DNA of 64,000 bases, taken from Chitinophaga pinensis. Its GTDB lineage: Bacteria > Bacteroidota > Bacteroidia > M30B66. Where the stretch lies: positions 10,051 through 74,050 of the forward strand of contig CAMCXT010000006.1 of assembly GCA_945883545.1 (NCBI GenBank). The letters are read 5' to 3'. Shown here piece after piece: positions 38,798-48,740 of this stretch. The notes under the pieces are model-generated. The model did not search any database. It saw nothing but the letters and a program-made list of their open reading frames with translations, and had not been told where the DNA came from. Position 1 is the first letter of the stretch; each line of letters begins with the position of its first letter. A program made the position numbers and the translations under genes.

Positions 38798-39595
38798 TTG
38801 TTAGCTTTGCCGTCTATGCAATACCCTTTTGCCAGAGTTTTCAGTTGGCTGATTATACCGTTAATGGTTGGAATGGTTTCCTGTAATAACAGAGCGATCA
38901 TGTTCAAAACCAAAAAGAATTATCCGTACGATGATTTCTCTACTATTTCAGCATCCCGAGAGTATAAAATTGGATTGAACGACATCCTTGAGATTCAGAT
39001 TATTCCGAACAAAGGAGCTTTGTTGATAGAAGGTGGTGGCAGTGCAGATCAGTCTGGAGGCGGAGGATCTACATCCCAGTTGCAAAACAAAGCCATCAAC
39101 ACAGTAGTTGAGTTCGATGGAACTACCAAGCTTCCGATGTTAGGTAGGATTCAAATGAAAGATTTGTCGGTTCGTGAAGCCGAACTCATGTTAGAGGAGC
39201 GCCTAAAGCAATATTATGTTGATCCGTATGTGACCATTAAGATCACCAATAAGCGAATTGTGATGTTCCCCGGCGAAGCGGGAAATGCTCGTGTGATCAA
39301 CCTTCAAAACCAAAACACTACACTTTTGGAAGCCTTGGCATTGTCGGGTGGTGTTTCTGCAAACGGTAAAGCCAATCGAATCAAACTCATTCGAGGCGAT
39401 TTGAAAAACCCTCAAGTATATCTGATCGATCTTTCCACAATCGACGGAATGAAAAAAGCAGACATGACGCTTCAAGGCAATGATATCATTTACATAGAGC
39501 CTAGAAACGACTTCGCACAGAACTTCATCAATAGGGCTACACCGTATTTATACATTATCAACCTGTCTTACTTTTATCTTCTTCTCTTTAACTAA
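38798..39595 (+). CDS. wza: Polysaccharide export outer-membrane lipoprotein (Wza-like; Poly_export + SLBB domains). The likely start is the ATG at 38816.
   Basis: From 38816 the translation is MQYPFARVFSWLIIPLMVGMVSCNN (lipobox). It carries a Poly_export core (YKIGLNDILEIQI...VDPYVTIKIT) and an SLBB-like repeat (NQNTTLLEALALSGGVSANGKANRIKLIRG). Confidence 0.8.
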   Translation: MLALPSMQYPFARVFSWLIIPLMVGMVSCNNRAIMFKTKKNYPYDDFSTISASREYKIGLNDILEIQIIPNKGALLIEGGGSADQSGGGGSTSQLQNKAINTVVEFDGTTKLPMLGRIQMKDLSVREAELMLEERLKQYYVDPYVTIKITNKRIVMFPGEAGNARVINLQNQNTTLLEALALSGGVSANGKANRIKLIRGDLKNPQVYLIDLSTIDGMKKADMTLQGNDIIYIEPRNDFAQNFINRATPYLYIINLSYFYLLLFN

Positions 39596-39597
39596 GG

Positions 39598-42015
39598 ATG
39601 GTAGAAAGGAAAATATCGAACCTAAATGATGATTTTGATCTGAAACTATTCTTCAGGGTCATCAGAAAAAATATTGCTTGGATTCTGCTCTTCTTCGTAA
39701 TTGCGTTTTTGATGGCGTTTTTGTATTTACGCTATACGTATCCAATTTATGAGTCGAAGTCAATCATCCAGATTGCATTGGCGGATAAAAATTCGAAAAT
39801 GCTTCTCGACAGGGAATTTACAGCAAAAAGTGATCTTCCAGGTAAAATTGAATTGTTGAGATCGGCTACTTTCTTAGACCGGGTGTTCAATAAACTTCCG
39901 CTGGATGTAAGCTACTACCAAATTGGTAACGTACTGAACTATGAGATGTATCGAACCTCACCGTTCGAATTGGAATATCGAAATCCAATCAATGAAATAT
40001 ACAACCTACCAGTGTATGTTTCATTTACAGATGAGAACAATGCGATTTTCACCACTAACCTGAACAACAAGGAAAATGTATTCCGTGTAAAAACCAATAC
40101 ATGGGTTCGATTGCCAGTGATCGACTCGGTTAAGGTGAACATGAGAAATTTCGATAAGATTCGTAAAGACATGAAAGGTCTCAATGAGAATCCTTACTAC
40201 TTCATCTTAACGAAACGAGAAAACTTGGTGCGTACCTATTCTGGGAACCTTACAGTTGAAACTGAAAACGAGGCTGCAGGAACAATAAAGGTGATGTATT
40301 ACGAGCGAAATCCTGCAAAGGCCGCAGATATCTGTAATACGATTTCCGACGAATTCAAGATCTATGACATCGAGAAACAAGCAGAATCGGCAACAAATAC
40401 GATTAAATTTATCGACGACCAATTAAAAGCGGTGTATGATAAACTTTACGATTCGGAAGTTGAGCTACAGAATTTCAAGACAAAAAATAGGTTAAATGAT
40501 GAAACACCTTTGCCAAACTTTGGTAACAGGATCGACGATTTAGAATCCAAGCTTAACAATGTTCAGTTAGAAGAATCAGCGTTAAAAACGATCGAAGATG
40601 CGATTTCGATCGAAAAAGATATCGATGTTTATCAGTTGGTTTCTTTGTTGGCTGCATCCGATTCTCAAGGAATGCTTCTGCAAATGCTTACAGAATTAAA
40701 AGGACTGCTTCAAAAAAGAACATCCACATTGTATTCTGTAACTCAGAGTTCTTCAAAAGTTGCATTGATAGACTACCAAATTGCCATTCAAAAAAAGTTG
40801 ATTGTAGAGGCATTGTCGGCACTCAAGAAAAGTCTCAACGACCAGAAAATTCAGATTGAAGACCGAATTGCTAATTATGAAGATGAAATAAAACTCAGTG
40901 CATTGAGTTTCGATCGAATAGAATTTGTGCGTCTTCAGAAATTAAACAATATCAACGAAAACTACTACAATCGATTGGTGGAGATTAAATCAGAATTAGC
41001 AATTTCTACAGCCGGAATCACCTCTGAAAATACTGTGTTGGAAGCATCCACTGCTTCGGCTGCGCCCTACTTCCCAAGCCGCCGAATTGTTGCATTAAGT
41101 GCTTTTATTGGCTGGATCATTGTGAGTCTAGGCTTGGTTGTGATTAGGTATCTAATGTATAACGAGATTACTTCCATGAATGAAATCATGAAGTACTTAG
41201 AAGTGCCGATGCTCGGGATTGTACCAAACTACAAGGACATCATTCCGATCTCTCAGCTCATTGTAGATAAGAAACCCAAATCGATAATTGCAGAATCGCT
41301 CAGATCGATCCGCTCTAATCTCGAATTCCTCTCTACCAAAGAAGGTCCTAAAGTACTAGCTATCACTTCCACCATTTCTGGGGAAGGAAAGACTTTCGTA
41401 GCCTTGAATTTGGCAGGTATCATCGCATTTTCAGAAAAGAAAGTGATCATTCTCGATCTTGATATGCGGAAACCGAAAATCCACGTGGGCTTCGGTGTTC
41501 CTAACGACAAAGGAATGAGTACCATCTTGATCGGTAGAAATCAGATTGAAGATTGTATTTTCAAGTCAAGCTTAACAAACCTCGACTTTATTACGGCAGG
41601 ACCAGTCCCTCCTAACCCATCGGAGCTTGTAATCAGTTCCAAAATGTCGGAAGTACTTGAGGAGTTGAAAAAAATGTACGATGTAATCGTAATCGATAAT
41701 CCTCCGGTAGGTCTTGTAACAGATGGTATCAGGATTATCAAGATGGCCGATTATCCGGTATATGTCTTCCGTGAGAATTTCTCAAAAAGAAACTTCGTGC
41801 AGAACGTTAAAAAATTGATTCGCGATAACAATATCAAGAACCTAAGTATCATCTTGAATTCTGTCGACATTAAGCGCTCTGGCTATGGTTATTCGGGTGT
41901 TTACGACTATGATTACGGTTATGGATACGGTTATGGGTTTGGGTATTACGATGAAGATATTCGAAGAGAGCGCATTAACCTGAAGGAATTCTTCAGAAAA
42001 CTGATTAGCAAATAA
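39598..42015 (+). CDS. wzc: Polysaccharide co-polymerase / bacterial tyrosine (BY) kinase, Wzc-like.
   Basis: An N-terminal TM helix and a Wzz-type periplasmic coiled-coil region are followed by a second TM helix. The cytoplasmic P-loop is ITSTISGEGKTFVALNLA, with Walker B VIVIDNPP. The C-terminal Tyr cluster is YGYSGVYDYDYGYGYGYGFGYYDED. Confidence 0.85.
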   Translation: MVERKISNLNDDFDLKLFFRVIRKNIAWILLFFVIAFLMAFLYLRYTYPIYESKSIIQIALADKNSKMLLDREFTAKSDLPGKIELLRSATFLDRVFNKLPLDVSYYQIGNVLNYEMYRTSPFELEYRNPINEIYNLPVYVSFTDENNAIFTTNLNNKENVFRVKTNTWVRLPVIDSVKVNMRNFDKIRKDMKGLNENPYYFILTKRENLVRTYSGNLTVETENEAAGTIKVMYYERNPAKAADICNTISDEFKIYDIEKQAESATNTIKFIDDQLKAVYDKLYDSEVELQNFKTKNRLNDETPLPNFGNRIDDLESKLNNVQLEESALKTIEDAISIEKDIDVYQLVSLLAASDSQGMLLQMLTELKGLLQKRTSTLYSVTQSSSKVALIDYQIAIQKKLIVEALSALKKSLNDQKIQIEDRIANYEDEIKLSALSFDRIEFVRLQKLNNINENYYNRLVEIKSELAISTAGITSENTVLEASTASAAPYFPSRRIVALSAFIGWIIVSLGLVVIRYLMYNEITSMNEIMKYLEVPMLGIVPNYKDIIPISQLIVDKKPKSIIAESLRSIRSNLEFLSTKEGPKVLAITSTISGEGKTFVALNLAGIIAFSEKKVIILDLDMRKPKIHVGFGVPNDKGMSTILIGRNQIEDCIFKSSLTNLDFITAGPVPPNPSELVISSKMSEVLEELKKMYDVIVIDNPPVGLVTDGIRIIKMADYPVYVFRENFSKRNFVQNVKKLIRDNNIKNLSIILNSVDIKRSGYGYSGVYDYDYGYGYGYGFGYYDEDIRRERINLKEFFRKLISK

Positions 42016-42016
42016 A

Positions 42017-42571
42017 ATGAGAGTTGAGCAGTTCGATATTCCGGATCTGAAATTAATTCATCCAGCTGTTTTTGAGGATCCACGAGGATATTTCTTTGAA
42101 TCGTATAACTACTCGAGATTCATTGAAGCAGGCATCAACGACCACTTTGTGCAGGACAATCAAAGTCTTTCTCAAGCAGGTGTGCTTCGCGGTCTCCATT
42201 TCCAAACTGGCGATTTTGCACAATCGAAACTTGTTCGTGTAATTAAAGGTGCCGTTTTAGATGTTGCTGTTGATATTCGCGCTGGTTCACCCACCTACGG
42301 CAAACACCTAGCGGTAGAATTAAATGAGCACAACAAAACCATGTTGTACGTTCCTGTTGGCTTCGCACATGGTTTTCTAACGCTCACCGACGATACAATT
42401 TTCTCCTATAAATGTGGTAATGTATACAACAAAGCCTCCGAAATGGGAATCATGTGGAACGACCCAGAATTGAACATTGACTGGAAAATTGAAAATCCGT
42501 TGTTATCTGAAAAAGACCAAGTGAATTTGAATTTCAAAGATTTTCAATCACCTTTCAGATTCAATTCTTAA
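42017..42571 (+). CDS. rfbC: dTDP-4-dehydrorhamnose 3,5-epimerase.
   Basis: FEDPRGYFFESYN...GVLRGLHFQ...SKLVRVIKGAVLDVAVDIR...YVPVGFAHGF is the canonical RmlC cupin sequence. 184 aa. Confidence 0.85.
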   Translation: MRVEQFDIPDLKLIHPAVFEDPRGYFFESYNYSRFIEAGINDHFVQDNQSLSQAGVLRGLHFQTGDFAQSKLVRVIKGAVLDVAVDIRAGSPTYGKHLAVELNEHNKTMLYVPVGFAHGFLTLTDDTIFSYKCGNVYNKASEMGIMWNDPELNIDWKIENPLLSEKDQVNLNFKDFQSPFRFNS

Positions 42572-42572
42572 A

Positions 42573-43667
42573 TTGTACCTGATGATAGAACTAGGAACAT
42601 TTACAATTCCAATACTCCTCACAGTTTTTTTAGCGTTGATGATCATCTTTTCGATCGTCATCAACGGTTTACTACTCAAGTTTTCATCGAACATGGGATC
42701 GAAAAACGAGTTCGATCAGGTTCGCTGGGCAGCAACCACCAAACCTGCATTTGGAGGTGTATCATTCTATTTGTTGTTCCTTTTAGCGATAGTTTTTTAC
42801 ACCATCTTCTTCCCCAACCAAGAAATGCTGCTCAACAAAAAGTTCCTAGGCTTTTTTCTAGCAACTTCACTCGGGTTTATCATGGGATTAGCCGATGACG
42901 CATACAATACCAAGCCTTTCCTAAAATTTTTAGTCCAGTTTATTTGTGGTGCATCCTTCGTATTTACAGACAATCTAATCACTGTTTTCCCGTGGTATGA
43001 AGTGAACGTTTTCTTCACTTTTTTCTGGGTTGTTGGATTGATGAATTCGGTGAATATGCTCGACAACATGGATGGAATCACAACATCCGTTTCTTCGGTA
43101 ATTTGTATTGGGGCCTTGATGAGCATGGCGTTTCGTGAAGCCCCAGTGAATATCGATATGATTTTAGTCTTAGGCGTTTTGGCTGGGCTCTGTGGATTCC
43201 TTTATTACAATTGGAACCCTTCAAGAATGTATATGGGCGACTCAGGCTCTCAGTTTCTTGGTGTTTTCTTGGCTGGAATCGGGATTGAATACTTCTGGAA
43301 TGCGCCCAATTATTTCGAAACAATCACTCCTGCTCGTCAATTTCTCATCGCTATTTTGATGTTCGTTGTACCGATCAGCGATACTGCAACTGTATCTATC
43401 AACCGCTTACTGAAAGGGAAATCTCCATTTGTTGGAGGGCGCGACCACACTACACACCATTTGGTGTATGCTGGTTTAACAGAACGTCAAGTGGCTATTG
43501 TGATGATTTCGCTTTCCTTGTTGGCTATGTTCGTTGGGATATTTGTTTTAAACAATATTCGTAACTGGACCACCACACATACCGTATTGTCTTCTGGATT
43601 GTTTCTGGTAATTTTAGTTGGATTATATTCAATTACACGTATCAGTAAACCAAAACCCAAAGCTTGA
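42573..43667 (+). CDS. Polyprenyl-phosphate N-acetylhexosamine-1-phosphate transferase (MraY/WecA family, glycosyltransferase family 4 in the membrane sense).
   Basis: Multi-TM protein with the MraY/WecA motifs NSVNMLDNMDGIT and MYMGDSGSQFLGV. Confidence 0.8.
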   Translation: MYLMIELGTFTIPILLTVFLALMIIFSIVINGLLLKFSSNMGSKNEFDQVRWAATTKPAFGGVSFYLLFLLAIVFYTIFFPNQEMLLNKKFLGFFLATSLGFIMGLADDAYNTKPFLKFLVQFICGASFVFTDNLITVFPWYEVNVFFTFFWVVGLMNSVNMLDNMDGITTSVSSVICIGALMSMAFREAPVNIDMILVLGVLAGLCGFLYYNWNPSRMYMGDSGSQFLGVFLAGIGIEYFWNAPNYFETITPARQFLIAILMFVVPISDTATVSINRLLKGKSPFVGGRDHTTHHLVYAGLTERQVAIVMISLSLLAMFVGIFVLNNIRNWTTTHTVLSSGLFLVILVGLYSITRISKPKPKA

Positions 43668-44698
43668 AGCCATTCAAAATAATCAATAAAGTTCCTGCGC
43701 CAGTTTATAAACTGGTAATCTCCTTTGTGTTTTTATTGAGTGCACTTACTGTAATTCGGCTGTTTAGCTTTTATGGCAAAGTAGGCTCCGACGACGATCA
43801 GTACCAGAAATATTTCAAAGACCATTACAGAATCTATTCTGTGAACGTTCCACATGACCTCAATTTTGCGGGTGAGGCAGTTCCGCTGCAAGATTTCGAA
43901 GTGCGTGAACGCATCGACAGAGAATTTCTTGTAAATACCTACTGGCAATCGCAAACCATCTTATTGGCAAAAAGATCCAACCGTTGGTTGCCAATTATTT
44001 CAGGAATTCTGAAGAAAAACGGAATTCCCGACGACTTTAAATACCTCTCTGTAGTGGAAAGTGGGTTCACCCAAAATGTTTCTTCAAAAGGAGCTGCCGG
44101 TTTTTGGCAATTCATTCCTTCTACTGCCGCAGCATTCAATCTAACGATCAACGACGAAATCGACGAACGTTACCATCCCGAAAAATCGACAGAAGCAGCT
44201 TGCCGTTTTTTCATGGAATCGTATAAACAACTCGGAAATTGGACACTGGTAGCGGCTTCCTTCAATTTGGGAATCAATGGAATCCAGAAGCAACTCGATA
44301 AGCAGCAAGTAAAATCATATTACGATTTACTGCTCAATGAAGAAACAGGGAGATATGTATTTCGGGTTTTAGCCATCAAAGAAATCCTTTCCAACCCTCA
44401 GAATTACGGATTTGTGTTGAGAAAAAAGGATTTGTATCCACCCTTACCGGGATCTTTTACCAAGGTAGATTCTTCAATTACCAATCTTACCACCTTTGCC
44501 GAACAGCATGGCACGAATTACAAGATGCTGAAGTATTACAATCCTTGGTTGAGGTCGGATAAATTGTCGAATCCGGATAAGAAAATTTACACCCTCAAGA
44601 TTCCGCACAAATCGGTTGAGAACTTCAAAGAATTGATGAAAGAAGTGGAAACGCTCAACCCTGAACAACCCATTCTGGATACGATTCTTCCCAAATAA
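43664..44698 (+). CDS. Lytic transglycosylase domain protein (SLT/MltD-like).
   Basis: SLT catalytic block LSVVESGFTQNVSSKGAAGFWQFIPSTA with the catalytic Glu in ES. It has an N-terminal signal/TM. The start overlaps the stop of the preceding gene. Confidence 0.75.
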   Translation: MKPFKIINKVPAPVYKLVISFVFLLSALTVIRLFSFYGKVGSDDDQYQKYFKDHYRIYSVNVPHDLNFAGEAVPLQDFEVRERIDREFLVNTYWQSQTILLAKRSNRWLPIISGILKKNGIPDDFKYLSVVESGFTQNVSSKGAAGFWQFIPSTAAAFNLTINDEIDERYHPEKSTEAACRFFMESYKQLGNWTLVAASFNLGINGIQKQLDKQQVKSYYDLLLNEETGRYVFRVLAIKEILSNPQNYGFVLRKKDLYPPLPGSFTKVDSSITNLTTFAEQHGTNYKMLKYYNPWLRSDKLSNPDKKIYTLKIPHKSVENFKELMKEVETLNPEQPILDTILPK

Positions 44699-44988
44699 CT
44701 CAATCTGGCGTTTGCCAATAAATTGAATTCCCTGTAGAATGTTCGTTTTGTTCCCAAAACAGATTTGCAGGATCAGCGATCCCAAAAAACATCTAGGATA
44801 AAGAATCGAAGCATTCTGAAAACTTGATACGTTTGGATTTTACGATTCCGTCGGCCGGTTCCTCTCCAGATAGGAGATTCCAGCTGCACAGCACGGTGAA
44901 AATCAAAAGAATAGCAAACTTCCGCATACAATGCTAATATAAGAACATTTTACCTGCGGAATTCCTGCTTCCTGCCGCAACAAATCGC

Positions 44989-44996
44989 TACTTTTG
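44989..44996 (+). promoter_or_regulatory. -7 element TACTTTTG upstream of uvrA.
   Basis: Exact match 12 nt upstream of the ATG at 45009. Confidence 0.35.
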
Positions 44997-47861
44997 CGGT
45001 TCGTAACAATGATGAAATCGGCTGACATAAACGGGGAAAGTAAAATCGAAATTTTCGGTGCAAGAGAACACAATCTGAAAAATATCGATGTAACCATTCC
45101 AAGGAACAAACTGGTAGTGATTACTGGTTTGAGTGGAAGTGGAAAATCTTCCCTGGCATTCGATACATTGTATGCTGAAGGGCAACGCCGATACATCGAA
45201 AGCTTCTCGGCCTATGCACGTCAGTTTCTCGGAAGCATGGAGCGCCCAGATGTGGATCGCATCACAGGTTTAAGTCCTGTAATTTCCATAGAACAAAAAA
45301 CCACAGGTAAAAATCCGAGGTCAACAGTAGGTACAATTACTGAGATCTACGACTTTATGCGTTTGCTGTTTGCCCGTGCCGGGGAAGCCTATTCTTACGA
45401 AACAGGTGAAAAGATGGTGCGCTACACCGAGCAACAGATTCTTGATCTTATCTTGAAAGTATCTGATGGTAAGCGGATTGCACTGCTCGCACCAGTCGTT
45501 AAAGGCCGCAAAGGACACTACCGCGAACTCTTCGAACAAATCCGCAAACAAGGGTTTCTAAAAGTTCGTGTGGATGGAAAAATCGCCGACATTTCATTTG
45601 GAATGAAAGTGGATCGTTACAAAATTCACGACATCGAAATTGTAATTGATCGGATTGAAGTATCTGAATCTCAAAAACAACGCATCACCGAATCATTGAA
45701 ACTTGCTATGAAGCATGGCAAAGGATCGATGATGGTTCTCGATACCGACGATGATGTTGTTCGCCATTACAGTCGTTACTTGATGTGCCCAACAACAGGC
45801 ATTTCGTATGACGAACCGGCGCCGAATCTCTTTTCGTTCAATTCACCTTACGGAGCTTGTCCGAAATGCCACGGTTTAGGCGAAATTGCTCAAGTAGATC
45901 TGAAGAAGATCATCCCCGATCCCAAAAAAAGCCTCAAAAAAGGAGGTATTCAGCCTCTTGGTGAATACAAAAACAACTGGATTTTTGCTCAAGTAGAAGC
46001 CATTGCTGATAAATATGGATTCAAGCTTGAAGATCCGGTTGGAGAAATTGATGAGGAAGCACTGAACGCAATCCTATACGGAACTGAGGAAATTCTGAAA
46101 ATCAAGAATCCTTCGTACAACAATTCAGGCTATGCGACGCAGTTTAACGGCATCGTGAATTTCATTGCCGATCAACACGAAGATGCCAAAGAAGGTTCCG
46201 GAAAAAACTGGGCCGACGAGTACATGAACAATGTGGTTTGCACCGATTGTCATGGCGACCGTTTGAAAAAACAGGCTCTTTGGTTTAAGGTTGGCGAGAA
46301 AAACATCGCCGAACTAGCACGTGAAGACATTGGTAATTTGCTCGAGTGGTTCAATGGCATTGAAGACACTATGGAAGGCCGCCAAAAAGCGATCGCTCAT
46401 GAAGTGCTAAAAGAAATCAGAACCCGATTGGGCTTTTTGATGGAAGTTGGACTCGATTATCTCACCATCAACCGCAATGCAGGTTCTCTTTCGGGAGGAG
46501 AAGCACAAAGAATAAGACTTGCTACCCAAATAGGATCTAAGCTTGTTGGGGTTTTGTATATTCTTGATGAGCCTTCGATTGGCCTGCACCAGCGCGATAA
46601 CGTAAAACTAATCAAGGCATTACAAGACCTTCGGGATGCAGGAAATTCTGTAATTGTGGTTGAACACGACAAAGACATGATTCTTGCTGCCGATTATGTT
46701 ATTGATATTGGTCCAGGTGCTGGTCTCCATGGAGGACGAATCGTAGCTCAAGGCACTCCAGAAACTATCATGAGCGGTGATTCGCTCACTGCTGCCTACA
46801 TCAGAAGGGAAATGGAAATCGCCATTCCTGAAAAACGCAGAGCTGGAAACGGAAACAAGTTGGTGGTGCACAAAGCCACTGGCAACAACCTCAAAAACGT
46901 AACTGTCGAAATTCCTCTCGGCATGTTGGTGTGTGTAACGGGTGTTTCTGGAAGCGGTAAATCAACATTGATCAACGAAACGCTCTTCCCAGCGCTGAAC
47001 AAATATTTCTTCAATTCGCACAAAGAGCCGCTTCCTTACAAAAAAATCGACGGGCTTGCACATATCGACAAGGTGATTGATATTGATCAAAGTCCAATTG
47101 GTCGCACACCTCGCTCTAATCCAGCCACTTATACTGGAGTCTTTTCCGACATTCGGTCGTTGTTTGCTTCAATGCCAGAGGCAGCCATTCGAGGATACAA
47201 ACCTGGAAGATTTAGCTTCAACGTAAAAGGTGGCCGTTGCGAAACTTGTTCGGGTGGAGGAATGAAGGTGATTGAAATGAACTTTCTACCCGACGTGTAT
47301 GTGCAATGTCCTGCTTGCCAGGGAAAACGCTACAACCGTGAAACATTGGAAGTTCGTTACAAAGGCAAATCTATCTCCGACGTGCTCAATTTAACCATCG
47401 AGCAGGCTGTAGAATTTTTCGATCATATCCCATCTATTCTTCACAAAATCAAAACCTTGAATGATGTAGGTTTGGGTTATATCGCACTCGGACAATCATC
47501 TACTACCCTTTCGGGTGGAGAGGCGCAACGTGTGAAACTTGCCACAGAGTTAAGCAGAAAAGATACTGGTCAAACCTTGTACATCCTCGACGAACCTACC
47601 ACTGGTTTGCATTTCGAGGATATTCGAGTGCTTTTAGGTGTTTTGCAAAAACTAGTCGACAAAGGAAATTCGGTAGTTATCATTGAGCACAACCTCGATA
47701 TTATCAAAGTAGCCGATCATATTATCGATATGGGCCCTGAAGGTGGAGAACGCGGCGGTCAATTGCTTGTAACTGGCACTCCTGAAGAAGTTGCGAAGAG
47801 TAAAAAGAGCTTCACTGCCTATTTCCTAAAACAAGAATTAGAAGTTGGCGTAAAAAGCTAG
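44994..47861 (+). CDS. uvrA: Excinuclease ABC subunit A. The likely true start is the ATG at 45009.
   Basis: Two ABC ATPase modules are present (GLSGSGKSSLAFDTLYAEGQRRY; GVSGSGKSTLINE). The signature motifs are LSGGEAQRIRLA and LSGGEAQRVKLA. The Zn fingers are CPKCHGLG and CETCSGGG. A TACTTTTG -7 motif is at 44989..44996. Confidence 0.95.
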   Translation: MRFVTMMKSADINGESKIEIFGAREHNLKNIDVTIPRNKLVVITGLSGSGKSSLAFDTLYAEGQRRYIESFSAYARQFLGSMERPDVDRITGLSPVISIEQKTTGKNPRSTVGTITEIYDFMRLLFARAGEAYSYETGEKMVRYTEQQILDLILKVSDGKRIALLAPVVKGRKGHYRELFEQIRKQGFLKVRVDGKIADISFGMKVDRYKIHDIEIVIDRIEVSESQKQRITESLKLAMKHGKGSMMVLDTDDDVVRHYSRYLMCPTTGISYDEPAPNLFSFNSPYGACPKCHGLGEIAQVDLKKIIPDPKKSLKKGGIQPLGEYKNNWIFAQVEAIADKYGFKLEDPVGEIDEEALNAILYGTEEILKIKNPSYNNSGYATQFNGIVNFIADQHEDAKEGSGKNWADEYMNNVVCTDCHGDRLKKQALWFKVGEKNIAELAREDIGNLLEWFNGIEDTMEGRQKAIAHEVLKEIRTRLGFLMEVGLDYLTINRNAGSLSGGEAQRIRLATQIGSKLVGVLYILDEPSIGLHQRDNVKLIKALQDLRDAGNSVIVVEHDKDMILAADYVIDIGPGAGLHGGRIVAQGTPETIMSGDSLTAAYIRREMEIAIPEKRRAGNGNKLVVHKATGNNLKNVTVEIPLGMLVCVTGVSGSGKSTLINETLFPALNKYFFNSHKEPLPYKKIDGLAHIDKVIDIDQSPIGRTPRSNPATYTGVFSDIRSLFASMPEAAIRGYKPGRFSFNVKGGRCETCSGGGMKVIEMNFLPDVYVQCPACQGKRYNRETLEVRYKGKSISDVLNLTIEQAVEFFDHIPSILHKIKTLNDVGLGYIALGQSSTTLSGGEAQRVKLATELSRKDTGQTLYILDEPTTGLHFEDIRVLLGVLQKLVDKGNSVVIIEHNLDIIKVADHIIDMGPEGGERGGQLLVTGTPEEVAKSKKSFTAYFLKQELEVGVKS

Positions 47862-47922
47862 GTGCTGTTTACAATCATTTTCTATATTTTTCCGTTTTAC
47901 TTTAAATAACACAAAGAAATTA

Positions 47923-48648
47923 ATGGATAATCTCAACAAACGAGGGCATGAAGACAAGATCATAGAGGCCTTCAAAGAAAAAGACGCTTTCGAAATAAAA
48001 ACCACCAATTCCTGGCAGATCTTCAAGATCATGGCCGAATTCGTAGAAGCATTTGAAAAGCTTGGAAAAATTGGTCCTTGCGTTTCCATTTTCGGTTCAG
48101 CACGCACAAAACCCGATGATCCATATTACATTTTGGCTGAAGAAATTGCCTTCAAACTCACACACGAAGGTTATGGAATTATCACTGGTGGCGGTCCAGG
48201 AATCATGGAGGCTGGTAACAAAGGCGCTCACCGCGGAGGCGGAAAATCGGTAGGATTGAACATCGTTCTTCCACATGAACAAGAAGGAAATAAATACATC
48301 GACCGCGATAAAATCATCAACTTCGATTACTTCTTCGTACGAAAAGTGATGTTCATGAAATACGCACAAGGATTCATCATTATGCCAGGAGGTTTTGGAA
48401 CATTGGATGAATTTTTCGAAGCGATCACTTTAATTCAAACCAATAAAATCGCACGCTTCCCATTGGTTTTGGTAGGAAAAACGTTTTGGGGCGGTTTGGT
48501 AGAGTGGATCAAAGAACAACAACTTCGAGAAAATCCATTTATCAGTGCTGAAGACTTAAACCTCTTCTCTATTGTTGATACATGCGACGAAGCCGTTCAA
48601 GTGATCAACGATTTCTACAACAAGTACATGTTCCGTCCGAATTTCTAA
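47923..48648 (+). CDS. LOG family (TIGR00730) Rossmann-fold protein / cytokinin riboside 5'-monophosphate phosphoribohydrolase-like.
   Basis: GGGPGIMEAGNKGA and PGGFGTLDEFFE are the LOG family signature motifs. 241 aa. Confidence 0.8.
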   Translation: MDNLNKRGHEDKIIEAFKEKDAFEIKTTNSWQIFKIMAEFVEAFEKLGKIGPCVSIFGSARTKPDDPYYILAEEIAFKLTHEGYGIITGGGPGIMEAGNKGAHRGGGKSVGLNIVLPHEQEGNKYIDRDKIINFDYFFVRKVMFMKYAQGFIIMPGGFGTLDEFFEAITLIQTNKIARFPLVLVGKTFWGGLVEWIKEQQLRENPFISAEDLNLFSIVDTCDEAVQVINDFYNKYMFRPNF

Positions 48649-48669
48649 ACGGAACAATTTGCAATTCAG

Positions 48670-48697
48670 AAAGCGACTTTCGGGTCGCTTTTTTTAT
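48670..48697 (+). terminator. Rho-independent terminator downstream of the LOG gene.
   Basis: AAGCGAC-TTTCGG-GTCGCTT hairpin followed by TTTTTTT (aagcgactttcgggtcgctttttttat). Confidence 0.7.
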
Positions 48698-48740
48698 GTC
48701 TAAACTTTATTTTTAGACTTATCTAAATTATTATTTAGAG

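Noticed and set aside
41881-41960. Short tandem repeat (tatggttat/ggatacggttatgggtttggg) that looks like a microsatellite.
   Set aside because: It encodes the Tyr-Gly-rich phospho-acceptor tail of the Wzc BY-kinase (YGYGYGYGFGYY). It is coding, not a non-coding repeat.
44903-45196. 97-aa minus-strand ORF overlapping the uvrA start.
   Set aside because: It overlaps the UvrA N-terminal Walker A region on the other strand. Its translation is compositionally odd. It is almost certainly spurious.
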